A stretch of DNA of 64,000 nt from Escherichia coli (GTDB lineage: Bacteria; Pseudomonadota; Gammaproteobacteria; Enterobacterales; Enterobacteriaceae): assembly GCF_003334305.1 (NCBI RefSeq), contig NZ_QOWS01000001.1. The stretch is one strand, 5' to 3'. Position numbers and translations under genes: made by a program. The notes below the pieces were generated by a model. That model searched no databases. It was not told the origin of the DNA and saw only the letters and a list, made by a program, of their open reading frames with translations. The first letter of the stretch is position 1. Every line of letters starts with the position of its first letter. Shown here piece by piece: positions 1-11,099 of the stretch.

Positions 1-2045
1 TATTTGCCCTCTGTGCCGTGGTTTACACTTTCTTCGCCACGCCGATTTATAGTGCCGACGCACTGGTACAAATCGAGCAAAACAGCGGCAATTCGTTAGT
101 GCAGGACATTGGTTCGGCATTAGCCAACAAACCGCCAGCATCGGACGCCGAGATCCAGTTGATTCGTTCGCGCCTGGTGCTTGGTAAAACGGTGGACGAT
201 CTCGACCTCGATATTGCAGTGAGCAAAAACACGTTCCCGATTTTCGGGGCGGGCTGGGATCGCCTGATGGGGCGTCAGAACGAGACGGTGAAAGTGACTA
301 CCTTTAACCGCCCGAAAGAGATGGCGGATCAGGTGTTTACACTTAATGTGCTGGACGATAAAAACTACACTCTGAGCAGCGATGGCGGCTTTAGCGCCCG
401 TGGGCAAGCGGGCCAGATGCTGACAAAAGAAGGCGTCACGCTGATGGTTGAAGCCATTCACGCCCGCCCGGGCAGTGAGTTTACCGTCACCAAATACTCC
501 ACGCTGGGGATGATCAATCAACTGCAAAACAGCCTGACGGTAACGGAGAACGGCAAAGACGCAGGCGTACTGAGCCTGACTTATACCGGTGAAGATCGCG
601 AACAGATCCGCGACATTCTTAACAGCATCGCCCGTAACTATCAGGAACAAAATATTGAGCGCAAATCGGCGGAAGCGTCGAAAAGCCTCGCTTTCCTTGC
701 GCAACAGTTACCGGAAGTACGTAGCCGCCTCGATGTTGCCGAAAACAAACTGAATGCCTTCCGTCAGGATAAAGATTCTGTTGATCTGCCGCTGGAAGCG
801 AAAGCGGTGCTCGATTCGATGGTGAACATCGACGCGCAGTTGAACGAACTGACCTTTAAAGAGGCGGAAATCTCCAAGCTGTACACCAAAGTTCACCCGG
901 CGTACCGCACGCTGCTGGAGAAACGTCAGGCGCTGGAAGACGAAAAAGCCAAACTTAATGGTCGCGTAACGGCGATGCCGAAAACCCAGCAGGAAATTGT
1001 CCGTCTGACCCGCGATGTCGAGTCTGGTCAGCAGGTCTATATGCAACTGCTGAATAAAGAGCAGGAACTGAAAATCACCGAAGCCAGCACCGTCGGCGAT
1101 GTGCGCATTGTTGACCCGGCAATCACCCAGCCTGGCGTGTTAAAACCGAAGAAAGGGCTGATTATCCTCGGCGCGATTATCCTCGGCCTGATGCTCTCTA
1201 TCGTGGGTGTGCTGCTGCGCTCGTTGTTTAATCGCGGCATCGAAAGCCCGCAGGTGCTGGAAGAACACGGTATCAGCGTCTATGCCAGCATCCCGCTGTC
1301 GGAATGGCAGAAAGCGCGCGATAGCGTCAAAACCATCAAAGGGGTTAAACGCTATAAACAGAGTCAGCTACTGGCGGTAGGGAATCCAACCGATCTGGCG
1401 ATTGAAGCCATCCGTAGTCTGCGTACCAGTCTGCACTTCGCGATGATACAGGCGCAGAACAATGTGTTGATGATGACCGGGGTTAGCCCGTCAATCGGTA
1501 AAACCTTTGTCTGCGCCAACCTGGCGGCGGTGATCAGCCAGACCAATAAACGGGTGTTGTTGATCGACTGCGATATGCGCAAAGGTTATACCCACGAGCT
1601 GTTGGGCACCAATAACGTTAATGGCCTGTCGGAAATTCTGATTGGTCAGGGCGATATTACTACCGCTGCTAAACCGACCTCTATTGCCAAATTTGACCTG
1701 ATCCCGCGCGGTCAGGTACCGCCAAATCCTTCTGAACTGTTGATGAGCGAACGCTTTGCCGAACTGGTGAACTGGGCGAGTAAAAACTACGACCTGGTGT
1801 TGATTGATACGCCGCCGATTCTGGCAGTGACCGATGCCGCAATTGTTGGTCGTCATGTCGGAACCACGTTAATGGTGGCGCGTTATGCGGTCAACACCTT
1901 GAAAGAAGTGGAAACCAGTCTGAGCCGCTTTGAGCAAAACGGTATTCCGGTGAAAGGGGTGATTCTGAACTCCATCTTCCGCCGCGCCAGCGCGTATCAG
2001 GATTATGGCTATTACGAATACGAATATAAGTCGGATGCGAAATAA
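1..2045 (+). CDS. wzc: Tyrosine autokinase Wzc (colanic acid export), 5' end truncated by window edge; reading frame is open from position 3
   Basis: ORF translation matches Wzc C-terminal two thirds including Walker A-like GKT/GKS motifs and C-terminal Tyr-rich tail (YQDYGYYEYEYKSDAK); frame open to window start. Confidence 0.9.
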   Translation, partial: FALCAVVYTFFATPIYSADALVQIEQNSGNSLVQDIGSALANKPPASDAEIQLIRSRLVLGKTVDDLDLDIAVSKNTFPIFGAGWDRLMGRQNETVKVTTFNRPKEMADQVFTLNVLDDKNYTLSSDGGFSARGQAGQMLTKEGVTLMVEAIHARPGSEFTVTKYSTLGMINQLQNSLTVTENGKDAGVLSLTYTGEDREQIRDILNSIARNYQEQNIERKSAEASKSLAFLAQQLPEVRSRLDVAENKLNAFRQDKDSVDLPLEAKAVLDSMVNIDAQLNELTFKEAEISKLYTKVHPAYRTLLEKRQALEDEKAKLNGRVTAMPKTQQEIVRLTRDVESGQQVYMQLLNKEQELKITEASTVGDVRIVDPAITQPGVLKPKKGLIILGAIILGLMLSIVGVLLRSLFNRGIESPQVLEEHGISVYASIPLSEWQKARDSVKTIKGVKRYKQSQLLAVGNPTDLAIEAIRSLRTSLHFAMIQAQNNVLMMTGVSPSIGKTFVCANLAAVISQTNKRVLLIDCDMRKGYTHELLGTNNVNGLSEILIGQGDITTAAKPTSIAKFDLIPRGQVPPNPSELLMSERFAELVNWASKNYDLVLIDTPPILAVTDAAIVGRHVGTTLMVARYAVNTLKEVETSLSRFEQNGIPVKGVILNSIFRRASAYQDYGYYEYEYKSDAK

Positions 2046-2046
2046 C

Positions 2047-2165
2047 GACATCCGCTGTCGGATGCGATGCTGACGCATCTTATCCGACCTACCTTCACGC
2101 CGCATCCGGCAAGCAAACCAGCTCCGTAGGCCGGATAAGGCGCTCACGCCGCATCCGGCAACAGA
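2047..2165. repeat. Cluster of REP (repetitive extragenic palindromic) units / BIME between wzc and wcaA
   Basis: Imperfect palindromes of the form GCCGGATGCGGCGTGAACGCCTTATCCGGCCTAC repeated in alternating orientation. Confidence 0.8.
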
Positions 2166-2222
2166 ACCCGTAAACAAGCTTATAAACCGGCAGAACATCT
2201 CGACACTCCGGGAGAACAACCT

Positions 2223-3062
2223 ATGAAAGACAATCCGCTGATTTCAATCTATATGCCGACCTGGAACCGCCAACAACTGGCGATTCGGGCGATAAAATCG
2301 GTCCTGCGCCAGGACTACAGCAACTGGGAGATGATCATCGTGGATGATTGCTCCACCTCCTGGGAACAACTGCAACAGTACGTCACTGCCCTCAACGATC
2401 CGCGTATTACCTACATTCACAACGACATTAACAGCGGGGCGTGCGCGGTACGTAACCAGGCGATTATGCTGGCGCAAGGGGAATACATTACCGGGATCGA
2501 TGACGATGATGAATGGACGCCCAACCGCCTGAGCGTCTTCCTCGCCCATAAACAGCAACTGGTCACTCACGCCTTTTTGTACGCTAACGACTACGTATGC
2601 CAGGGAGAAGTTTATTCCCAACCAGCAAGCTTACCACTGTATCCCAAATCGCCGTACTCACGCCGCCTGTTCTATAAACGCAATATCATTGGCAATCAGG
2701 TTTTTACCTGGGCGTGGCGTTTCAAAGAGTGCTTGTTCGATACCGAACTGAAAGCAGCACAGGATTACGACATCTTCCTGCGGATGGTGGTGGAGTATGG
2801 CGAACCGTGGAAAGTGGAAGAGGCGACGCAGATCCTGCATATCAATCACGGTGAAATGCAGATCACCTCGTCACCGAAAAAATTCTCCGGGTACTTCCAC
2901 TTTTACCGCAAGCACAAAGATAAATTTGACCGTGCAAGCAAAAAATATCAGCTGTTTACCCTCTACCAGATCCGCAATAAACGTATGACCTGGCGCACTT
3001 TGCTGACGCTGCTGTCGGTGCGTAACGGCAAACGTCTGGCTGATGGTATTCGGGGGCGCTAA
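2223..3062 (+). CDS. wcaA: Colanic acid glycosyltransferase WcaA (GT2)
   Basis: 279 aa ORF, GT2 N-terminal motifs (ISIYMPTWNR, DDDDEW), position after wzc. Confidence 0.9.
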   Translation: MKDNPLISIYMPTWNRQQLAIRAIKSVLRQDYSNWEMIIVDDCSTSWEQLQQYVTALNDPRITYIHNDINSGACAVRNQAIMLAQGEYITGIDDDDEWTPNRLSVFLAHKQQLVTHAFLYANDYVCQGEVYSQPASLPLYPKSPYSRRLFYKRNIIGNQVFTWAWRFKECLFDTELKAAQDYDIFLRMVVEYGEPWKVEEATQILHINHGEMQITSSPKKFSGYFHFYRKHKDKFDRASKKYQLFTLYQIRNKRMTWRTLLTLLSVRNGKRLADGIRGR

Positions 3063-3064
3063 AG

Positions 3065-3553
3065 ATGCTGGAAGATCTGCGTGCCAACAGCTGGAGTTTA
3101 CGCCCGTGCTGCATGGTTCTTGCCTATCGTGTTGCTCATTTTTGTTCGGTGTGGCGCAAAAAGAACGTCCTCAACAATCTGTGGGCGGCCCCGCTGCTGG
3201 TGCTGTATCGCATTATCACCGAATGCTTTTTCGGTTATGAAATCCAGGCCGCCGCGACCATTGGCCGCCGCTTTACTATCCATCACGGTTACGCCGTAGT
3301 GATCAATAAAAACGTGGTAGCGGGGGATGATTTCACCATTCGCCACGGCGTCACTATCGGCAATCGTGGTGCCGATAACATGGCATGTCCACACATTGGC
3401 AACGGCGTCGAACTCGGTGCCAACGTCATTATTCTTGGTGATATCACGCTTGGTAACAACGTCACCGTGGGCGCGGGCAGCGTGGTGCTCGACTCTGTCC
3501 CGGACAACGCGCTGGTGGTGGGAGAAAAAGCGCGAGTGAAGGTAATTAAATGA
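3065..3553 (+). CDS. wcaB: Colanic acid acetyltransferase WcaB (hexapeptide-repeat)
   Basis: 162 aa ORF with left-handed beta-helix hexapeptide repeats; synteny. Confidence 0.9.
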   Translation: MLEDLRANSWSLRPCCMVLAYRVAHFCSVWRKKNVLNNLWAAPLLVLYRIITECFFGYEIQAAATIGRRFTIHHGYAVVINKNVVAGDDFTIRHGVTIGNRGADNMACPHIGNGVELGANVIILGDITLGNNVTVGAGSVVLDSVPDNALVVGEKARVKVIK

Positions 3554-4767
3554 ATATTCTGCAATTTAATGTGCGACTGGCGGAAGGCGGGGCGGCAGGT
3601 GTGGCGTTAGATCTCCATCAGCGTGCGCTGCAACAGGGGCTGGCGTCACATTTTGTCTACGGCTACGGCAAAGGCGGCAAAGAGAGCGTCAGCCATCAGA
3701 ACTATCCGCAGGTCATCAAACATACGCCGCGGATGACCGCGATGGCGAACATTGCGTTGTTTCGTCTGTTTAATCGCGATCTGTTCGGCAATTTCAATGA
3801 GTTATATCGCACCATTACTCGCACCCCGGGGCCGGTGGTTCTGCATTTTCATGTGCTGCACAGCTACTGGCTAAATCTTAAGAGCGTGGTGCGCTTTTGC
3901 GAAAAGGTGAAAAACCATAAACCGGATGTCACTCTGGTCTGGACGCTGCACGACCACTGGAGCGTTACCGGGCGCTGCGCCTTTACCGACGGTTGTGAAG
4001 GCTGGAAAACGGGCTGCCAGAAATGCCCGACCTTAAATAACTATCCGCCGGTGAAGATTGATCGCGCGCACCAGCTGGTGGCGGGCAAACGCCAGTTATT
4101 TCGTGAGATGCTGGCGCTGGGCTGTCAGTTTATTTCCCCCAGCCAGCATGTGGCTGACGCTTTCAATAGTCTGTACGGGCCAGGGCGTTGCCGGATTATC
4201 AATAATGGTATTGATATGGCAACCGAAGCGATTCTGGCGGACTTGCCTCCGGTGCGCGAAACCCAGGGCAAGCCGAAAATCGCGGTGGTGGCGCATGACC
4301 TGCGTTACGACGGCAAGACTAACCAGCAACTGGTGCGTGAGATGATGGCGCTGGGCGACAAAATTGAACTGCATACCTTCGGTAAGTTCTCGCCGTTCAC
4401 CGCTGGCAACGTGGTTAATCACGGCTTTGAAACCGACAAACGTAAGCTGATGAGCGCGCTCAATCAGATGGATGCGCTGGTGTTCAGTTCTCGCGTCGAT
4501 AACTACCCGCTGATTTTGTGTGAGGCGCTATCGATTGGCGTGCCGGTGATTGCCACCCATAGCGATGCGGCGCGTGAAGTGCTGCAAAAATCCGGCGGTA
4601 AAACCGTCAGTGAAGAAGAGGTGCTGCAACTGGTGCAGTTAAGCAAACCGGAAATCGCGCAGGCGATATTTGGTACCACGCTGGCTGAGTTCAGCCAACG
4701 CAGCCGCGCCGCCTACAGTGGACAACAGATGCTGGAGGAGTATGTCAACTTCTATCAGAATCTGTAG
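3550..4767 (+). CDS. wcaC: Colanic acid glycosyltransferase WcaC
   Basis: 405 aa ORF, overlapping stop/start with wcaB, synteny. Confidence 0.9.
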   Translation: MNILQFNVRLAEGGAAGVALDLHQRALQQGLASHFVYGYGKGGKESVSHQNYPQVIKHTPRMTAMANIALFRLFNRDLFGNFNELYRTITRTPGPVVLHFHVLHSYWLNLKSVVRFCEKVKNHKPDVTLVWTLHDHWSVTGRCAFTDGCEGWKTGCQKCPTLNNYPPVKIDRAHQLVAGKRQLFREMLALGCQFISPSQHVADAFNSLYGPGRCRIINNGIDMATEAILADLPPVRETQGKPKIAVVAHDLRYDGKTNQQLVREMMALGDKIELHTFGKFSPFTAGNVVNHGFETDKRKLMSALNQMDALVFSSRVDNYPLILCEALSIGVPVIATHSDAAREVLQKSGGKTVSEEEVLQLVQLSKPEIAQAIFGTTLAEFSQRSRAAYSGQQMLEEYVNFYQNL

Positions 4768-5959
4768 CTACCTGCTGCTGCCGCTGATCTACCTGCTGGT
4801 TAACGTCAAAATCGCCCAGCTTGGCGAAAGTTTCCCCATCACTATCGTCACTTTTTTACCTGTCTTGTTACTGCTGTTTTTAGAACGCATCAGCGTTAAA
4901 AAATTGATGATTGCCTTAGGGATTGGTGCGGGACTCACGGCGTTTAACTACCTGTTTGGTCAGTCGCTGGATGCCGGTAAATACGTCACTTCAACCATGC
5001 TGTTTGTCTATATTGTGATCATTATTGGCATGGTGTGGAGTATTCGTTTTAAAACAATTTCGCCACACAACCATCGCAAGATATTACGTTTCTTTTATCT
5101 GGTGGTCGGGCTGGTGGTGGCGCTGGCGGCGGTGGAGATGGCGCAAATTATCCTCACCGGCGGCAGCAGTATTATGGAGTCGATTTCGAAATATCTGATT
5201 TACAGCAACAGCTATGTACTGAATTTCATTAAATTCGGCGGTAAGCGTACGACAGCACTTTATTTCGAACCGGCATTTTTCGCTCTGGCATTAATCTCAA
5301 TTTGGCTCAGCATCAAACAGTTTGGTATCAAAACGCCTAAAACCGATGCTATGATTCTCGCAGGAATAATATTATCCGGATCGTTTTCAGGGGTTATGAC
5401 CTTTATCCTGTTTTATTTGCTGGAGTGGGCATTCCAATATCTGAATAAAGAGGCGATTAAGAAAAAGTTGCCGTTAGCATTGATTTCTCTGGCTGTATTC
5501 CTGGTTGGTGTGGTAATCGCGTTTCCTTATATTTCCACCCGTCTGGGCGATTTAGGTACGGAAGGATCGTCATCGTATTATCGTATTGTCGGTCCGCTGG
5601 TAATGGTCGGTTATTCTTTGACCCATATTGACGGTGTAGTCAGATTTGGCTCACTTTATGAATATGTCGCATCATTCGGAATATTTAACGGTGCGGATGT
5701 CGGAAAAACCATAGACAATGGTTTGTATCTGCTGATTATTTATTTTTCCTGGTTCGCAGTGTTTTTATCGCTGTGGTACATGGGGAAAGTGATAAAAATG
5801 ATGATCAACGCTTTTGGTGATAACCGCAATTTTCGCGTGCAATTATATCTTTTCACTCCGGTATCGCTGTTTTTTACCGGTTCGATATTTAGCCCGGAAT
5901 ATGCATTTTTAATCGTCTGTCCGTTTATTTTGCGAAAAGCGTTAAATATTACGAGGTAA
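4742..5959 (+). CDS. wcaD: Colanic acid polymerase WcaD (Wzy-like), start placed at internal Met ([10 protein letters not shown])
   Basis: Polytopic membrane ORF; six-frame ORF starts earlier at 4670 but the in-frame ATG at 4742 gives 405 aa and overlaps wcaC end by 26 nt. Confidence 0.85.
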   Translation: MSTSIRICSYLLLPLIYLLVNVKIAQLGESFPITIVTFLPVLLLLFLERISVKKLMIALGIGAGLTAFNYLFGQSLDAGKYVTSTMLFVYIVIIIGMVWSIRFKTISPHNHRKILRFFYLVVGLVVALAAVEMAQIILTGGSSIMESISKYLIYSNSYVLNFIKFGGKRTTALYFEPAFFALALISIWLSIKQFGIKTPKTDAMILAGIILSGSFSGVMTFILFYLLEWAFQYLNKEAIKKKLPLALISLAVFLVGVVIAFPYISTRLGDLGTEGSSSYYRIVGPLVMVGYSLTHIDGVVRFGSLYEYVASFGIFNGADVGKTIDNGLYLLIIYFSWFAVFLSLWYMGKVIKMMINAFGDNRNFRVQLYLFTPVSLFFTGSIFSPEYAFLIVCPFILRKALNITR

Positions 5960-5969
5960 GAATAAGAAC

Positions 5970-6716
5970 ATGTTGCTTAGCATAATCACTGTCGCGTTTC
6001 GTAACCTCGAAGGGATAGTCAAAACACATGCCTCGCTGGCGCATCTGGCGCAGGCGGAAGATATCAGCTTCGAATGGATTGTTGTCGATGGCGGTTCCAA
6101 CGACGGCACCCGTGAGTATCTGGAAAATCTCAATGGTATCTTTAACCTACGCTTTGTCAGCGAGCCAGATAACGGTATCTACGACGCCATGAACAAAGGC
6201 ATTGCGATGGCACAAGGCAAGTTCGCGTTGTTTCTCAACTCGGGCGATATTTTTCATCAGGATGCCGCAAATTTTGTCCGTAAGTTAAAAATGCAAAAAG
6301 ATAACGTGATGATCACCGGCGATGCGCTGCTGGATTTTGGCGACGGGCATAAAATTAAGCGTAGTGCTAAACCGGGTTGGTATATTTATCACAGCCTGCC
6401 CGCCAGCCATCAGGCGATATTTTTCCCGGTATCCGGCTTGAAAAAATGGCGTTATGACCTGGAATATAAAGTATCTTCCGATTACGCGCTGGCGGCTAAA
6501 ATGTATAAAGCCGGTTATGCATTTAAAAAACTCAATGGCCTGGTGTCTGAATTTTCCATGGGTGGGGTATCAACCACCAATAATATGGAATTGTGTGCTG
6601 ACGCCAAAAAAGTCCAACGGCAAATATTACATGTGCCTGGCTTCTGGGCAGAATTATCCTGGCATTTACGCCAACGTACTACCTCAAAGACGAAAGCCTT
6701 ATATAACAAAAGCTGA
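5970..6716 (+). CDS. wcaE: Colanic acid glycosyltransferase WcaE (GT2)
   Basis: 248 aa ORF, GT2 motifs, synteny. Confidence 0.9.
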   Translation: MLLSIITVAFRNLEGIVKTHASLAHLAQAEDISFEWIVVDGGSNDGTREYLENLNGIFNLRFVSEPDNGIYDAMNKGIAMAQGKFALFLNSGDIFHQDAANFVRKLKMQKDNVMITGDALLDFGDGHKIKRSAKPGWYIYHSLPASHQAIFFPVSGLKKWRYDLEYKVSSDYALAAKMYKAGYAFKKLNGLVSEFSMGGVSTTNNMELCADAKKVQRQILHVPGFWAELSWHLRQRTTSKTKALYNKS

Positions 6717-6731
6717 ATATAAGGGAAAACG

Positions 6732-7280
6732 ATGCAAGATTTAAGCGGTTTCTCGGTGCCGAAAGGGTTCCGGGGCGGCAACGCTATTAAAGTGCAATTA
6801 TGGTGGGCAGTACAGGCAACAATATTTGCCTGGTCGCCACAAGTATTGTATCGCTGGCGGGCTTTTTTATTACGTTTATTCGGCGCAAAAATAGGAAAAA
6901 ACGTAGTTATTCGTCCGTCAGTAAAAATTACCTATCCGTGGAAATTAACCTTAGGTGATTACGCGTGGGTCGGCGATGACGTCAATTTATATACCCTCGG
7001 TGAAATAACCATTGGCGCACATTCGGTGATATCGCAAAAAAGTTATTTATGCACCGGTAGCCACGACCATGCAAGTCAACATTTCACCATTAACGCCACG
7101 CCTATTGTGATTGGCGAGAAATGCTGGCTGGCAACCGATGTCTTTGTTGCCCCAGGCGTCACAATCGGCGACGGCACCGTCGTGGGTGCACGAAGCAGTG
7201 TTTTTAAATCGCTTCCGGCAAATGTGGTTTGCCGGGGGAATCCCGCAGTGGTGATACGCGAACGCGTTGAAACTGAATAA
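6732..7280 (+). CDS. wcaF: Colanic acid acetyltransferase WcaF (hexapeptide-repeat)
   Basis: 182 aa ORF with hexapeptide repeats; synteny. Confidence 0.9.
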   Translation: MQDLSGFSVPKGFRGGNAIKVQLWWAVQATIFAWSPQVLYRWRAFLLRLFGAKIGKNVVIRPSVKITYPWKLTLGDYAWVGDDVNLYTLGEITIGAHSVISQKSYLCTGSHDHASQHFTINATPIVIGEKCWLATDVFVAPGVTIGDGTVVGARSSVFKSLPANVVCRGNPAVVIRERVETE

Positions 7281-7305
7281 ATTCAAAAATACAGAGGAAT
7301 AAGAC

Positions 7306-8427
7306 ATGTCAAAAGTCGCTCTCATCACCGGTGTAACCGGACAAGACGGTTCTTACCTGGCAGAGTTTCTGCTGGAAAAAGGTTACGAGGTGCATGGTAT
7401 TAAGCGTCGCGCATCGTCATTCAACACCGAGCGCGTGGATCACATTTATCAGGATCCGCACACCTGCAACCCGAAATTCCATCTGCATTATGGCGACCTG
7501 AGTGATACCTCCAACCTGACGCGCATTTTGCGTGAAGTACAGCCGGATGAAGTGTACAACCTGGGCGCAATGAGCCACGTTGCGGTTTCTTTTGAGTCAC
7601 CGGAATATACCGCAGACGTCGATGCGATGGGTACGCTGCGCCTGCTCGAGGCGATCCGCTTCCTCGGTCTGGAAAAGAAAACCCGTTTCTATCAGGCTTC
7701 CACCTCTGAACTGTACGGTCTGGTGCAGGAAATTCCGCAGAAAGAAACCACGCCGTTCTACCCGCGATCTCCGTATGCGGTCGCCAAACTGTACGCCTAC
7801 TGGATCACCGTTAACTACCGCGAATCCTACGGCATGTACGCTTGTAACGGAATTCTCTTCAACCATGAATCCCCGCGCCGCGGCGAAACCTTCGTTACCC
7901 GCAAAATCACCCGCGCAATCGCCAACATCGCCCAGGGGCTGGAGTCGTGCCTGTACCTCGGCAATATGGATTCCCTGCGTGACTGGGGCCACGCCAAAGA
8001 CTACGTAAAAATGCAGTGGATGATGCTGCAACAGGAACAGCCGGAAGATTTCGTTATCGCGACCGGCGTTCAGTACTCCGTGCGTCAGTTCGTGGAAATG
8101 GCAGCGGCACAGCTGGGCATCAAACTGCGCTTTGAAGGCACGGGTGTTGAAGAGAAGGGCATTGTGGTTTCCGTCACCGGGCATGACGCGCCGGGCGTTA
8201 AACCGGGTGATGTGATTATCGCCGTTGATCCGCGTTACTTCCGTCCGGCTGAAGTTGAAACGCTGCTCGGCGACCCGACCAAAGCGCACGAAAAACTGGG
8301 CTGGAAACCGGAAATCACCCTCAGAGAGATGGTGTCTGAAATGGTGGCTAATGACCTCGAAGCGGCGAAAAAACACTCTCTGCTGAAATCTCACGGCTAC
8401 GACGTGGCGATCGCGCTGGAGTCATAA
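7306..8427 (+). CDS. gmd: GDP-mannose 4,6-dehydratase
   Basis: 373 aa ORF, N-terminal Rossmann GxxGxxG ([12 protein letters not shown]), SDR catalytic region. Confidence 0.95.
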
Positions 8428-8429
8428 GC

Positions 8430-9395
8430 ATGAGTAGACAACGCATTTTTATCGCTGGCCATCGCGGAATGGTCGGTTCTGCCATCAGGCGGCAGCTCGA
8501 ACAGCGCGGTGATGTGGAACTGGTATTACGCACCCGCGACGAGCTGAACCTGCTGGACAGCCGCGCGGTGCATGATTTCTTTGCCAGCGAACGCATTGAC
8601 CAGGTCTATCTGGCGGCGGCGAAAGTGGGCGGCATTGTTGCCAACAACACCTATCCGGCGGATTTCATCTACCAGAACATGATGATTGAGAGCAACATCA
8701 TTCACGCCGCGCATCAGAACGACGTGAACAAACTGCTGTTTCTCGGATCGTCCTGCATCTACCCGAAACTGGCAAAACAGCCGATGGCAGAAAGCGAGCT
8801 GTTGCAGGGCACGCTGGAGCCGACTAACGAGCCTTATGCCATTGCCAAAATCGCCGGGATCAAACTGTGCGAATCTTACAACCGCCAGTATGGACGCGAT
8901 TACCGCTCGGTCATGCCAACCAACCTGTACGGGCCACACGACAACTTCCATCCGAGTAACTCGCATGTGATCCCAGCATTGCTGCGTCGCTTCCACGAGG
9001 CGACGGCACAGAATGCACCGGACGTGGTGGTGTGGGGCAGCGGTACACCGATGCGTGAATTTCTGCACGTCGATGATATGGCGGCGGCAAGCATTCATGT
9101 GATGGAGCTGGCGCACGAAGTCTGGCTGGAAAACACCCAGCCGATGTTGTCGCACATTAACGTCGGTACGGGCGTTGACTGCACTATCCGCGAGCTGGCG
9201 CAAACCATCGCCAAAGTGGTGGGTTACAAAGGTCGGGTGGTTTTTGATGCCAGTAAACCGGATGGTACGCCGCGCAAACTGCTGGATGTGACGCGCCTGC
9301 ATCAGCTTGGCTGGTATCACGAAATCTCACTGGAAGCGGGGCTTGCCAGCACTTACCAGTGGTTCCTTGAGAATCAAGACCGCTTTCGGGGGTAA
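8430..9395 (+). CDS. fcl: GDP-L-fucose synthase (GDP-4-keto-6-deoxymannose 3,5-epimerase/4-reductase)
   Basis: 321 aa ORF, Rossmann motif GHRGMVGSA, synteny after gmd. Confidence 0.95.
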   Translation: MSRQRIFIAGHRGMVGSAIRRQLEQRGDVELVLRTRDELNLLDSRAVHDFFASERIDQVYLAAAKVGGIVANNTYPADFIYQNMMIESNIIHAAHQNDVNKLLFLGSSCIYPKLAKQPMAESELLQGTLEPTNEPYAIAKIAGIKLCESYNRQYGRDYRSVMPTNLYGPHDNFHPSNSHVIPALLRRFHEATAQNAPDVVVWGSGTPMREFLHVDDMAAASIHVMELAHEVWLENTQPMLSHINVGTGVDCTIRELAQTIAKVVGYKGRVVFDASKPDGTPRKLLDVTRLHQLGWYHEISLEAGLASTYQWFLENQDRFRG

Positions 9396-9397
9396 TG

Positions 9398-9877
9398 ATG
9401 TTTTTACGTCAGGAAGACTTTGCCACGGTAGTGCGCTCCACCCCGCTTGTCTCTCTCGACTTTATTGTCGAGAACAGTCGCGGCGAGTTTCTGCTTGGCA
9501 AAAGAACCAACCGCCCGGCGCAGGGTTACTGGTTTGTGCCGGGAGGGCGCGTGCAGAAAGACGAAACGCTGGAAGCCGCATTTGAGCGGCTGACGATGGC
9601 GGAACTGGGGCTGCGTCTGCCGATAACAGCAGGCCAGTTTTACGGTGTCTGGCAGCACTTTTATGACGATAACTTCTCCGGCATGGATTTCACCACTCAC
9701 TATGTGGTGCTCGGTTTTCGCTTCAGAGTATCGGAAGAAGAGCTGTTACTGCCGGATGAGCAGCATGACGATTACCGCTGGCTGACGCCGGATGCACTGC
9801 TCGCCAGTGACAATGTTCACGCTAACAGCCGCGCCTATTTTCTCGCTGAGAAGCGTGCCGGAGTACCCGGATTATGA
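9398..9877 (+). CDS. gmm: GDP-mannose mannosyl hydrolase (Nudix)
   Basis: 159 aa from second Met; Nudix-like region; synteny. Confidence 0.9.
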   Translation: MFLRQEDFATVVRSTPLVSLDFIVENSRGEFLLGKRTNRPAQGYWFVPGGRVQKDETLEAAFERLTMAELGLRLPITAGQFYGVWQHFYDDNFSGMDFTTHYVVLGFRFRVSEEELLLPDEQHDDYRWLTPDALLASDNVHANSRAYFLAEKRAGVPGL

Positions 9878-11097
9878 AAATACTGGTCTACGGCATTAAC
9901 TACTCGCCGGAGTTAACCGGCATCGGCAAATACACCGGCGAGATGGTGGAATGGCTGGCGGCACAAGGTCATGAGGTGCGGGTCATTACCGCACCGCCTT
10001 ACTACCCGCAGTGGCAGGTGGGTGAGAACTATTCCGCCTGGCGGTACAAACGAGAAGAGGGGGCCGCCACGGTGTGGCGCTGCCCGCTGTACGTGCCAAA
10101 ACAGCCGAGCACCCTGAAACGCCTGTTGCATCTCAGCAGTTTTGCCGTCAGCAGTTTCTTTCCTCTGATGGCGCAACGTCGCTGGAAGCCGGATCGCATT
10201 ATTGGCGTGGTGCCAACGCTGTTTTGCACGCCGGGAATGCGCCTGCTGGCGAAACTCTCTGGCGCGCGTACCGTGCTGCATATTCAGGATTACGAAGTGG
10301 ACGCCATGCTGGGGCTGGGCCTTGCCGGAAAAGGCAAAGGCGGCAAAGTGGCACAGCTGGCGACGGCGTTCGAACGTAGCGGACTGCATAACGTCGATAA
10401 CGTCTCCACGATTTCGCGTTCGATGATGAATAAAGCCATCGAAAAAGGCGTGGCGGCAGAAAACGTCATCTTCTTCCCCAACTGGTCAGAAATTGCCCGT
10501 TTTCAGCATGTTGCAGATGCCGATGTTGATGCCCTTCGTAACCAGCTTGGCCTGCCGGATAACAAAAAAATCATTCTTTACTCCGGCAATATTGGTGAAA
10601 AGCAGGGGCTGGAAAACGTTATTGAAGCTGCCGATCGCCTGCGCGATGAACCGCTGATTTTTGCCATTGTCGGGCAGGGCGGCGGCAAAGCGCGGCTGGA
10701 AAAAATGGCGCAGCAGCGTGGACTGCGCAACATGCAATTTTTTCCGCTGCAATCGTATGACGCTTTACCCGCACTGCTGAAGATGGGCGATTGCCATCTG
10801 GTGGTGCAAAAACGCGGCGCGGCAGATGCCGTATTGCCGTCGAAACTGACCAATATTCTGGCGGTAGGCGGTAACGCGGTGATTACTGCAGAAGCCCACA
10901 CAGAACTGGGACAGCTTTGCGAAACCTTTCCGGGCATTGCGGTTTGCGTAGAGCCGGAATCGGTCGAGGCGCTGGTGGCGGGGATCCGTCAGGCGCTCCT
11001 GCTGCCCAAACACAACACGGTGGCACGTGAATATGCCGAACGCACTCTCGATAAAGAGAACGTGTTACGTCAATTTATAAATGATATTCGGGGATAA
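9874..11097 (+). CDS. wcaI: Colanic acid glycosyltransferase WcaI (GT4)
   Basis: 407 aa ORF, GT4-type C-terminal domain, synteny. Confidence 0.9.
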   Translation: MKILVYGINYSPELTGIGKYTGEMVEWLAAQGHEVRVITAPPYYPQWQVGENYSAWRYKREEGAATVWRCPLYVPKQPSTLKRLLHLSSFAVSSFFPLMAQRRWKPDRIIGVVPTLFCTPGMRLLAKLSGARTVLHIQDYEVDAMLGLGLAGKGKGGKVAQLATAFERSGLHNVDNVSTISRSMMNKAIEKGVAAENVIFFPNWSEIARFQHVADADVDALRNQLGLPDNKKIILYSGNIGEKQGLENVIEAADRLRDEPLIFAIVGQGGGKARLEKMAQQRGLRNMQFFPLQSYDALPALLKMGDCHLVVQKRGAADAVLPSKLTNILAVGGNAVITAEAHTELGQLCETFPGIAVCVEPESVEALVAGIRQALLLPKHNTVAREYAERTLDKENVLRQFINDIRG

Positions 11098-11099
11098 TT

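Noticed and set aside
4670-4741. Upstream extension of the wcaD ORF (429-aa version in the ORF track)
   Set aside because: The extension is simply the wcaC coding region read in another frame. The Met at 4742 gives a typical membrane-protein N-terminus and the expected length.
7597-8394. Long antisense ORFs inside gmd, fcl, wcaK, wzxC, manC and manB (for example 7597-8394, 8526-9320, 17553-18335, 15556-16149, 36245-37063)
   Set aside because: They lie entirely within and opposite to well-supported conserved genes and have Arg/His-rich compositions typical of spurious frames in GC-rich DNA.
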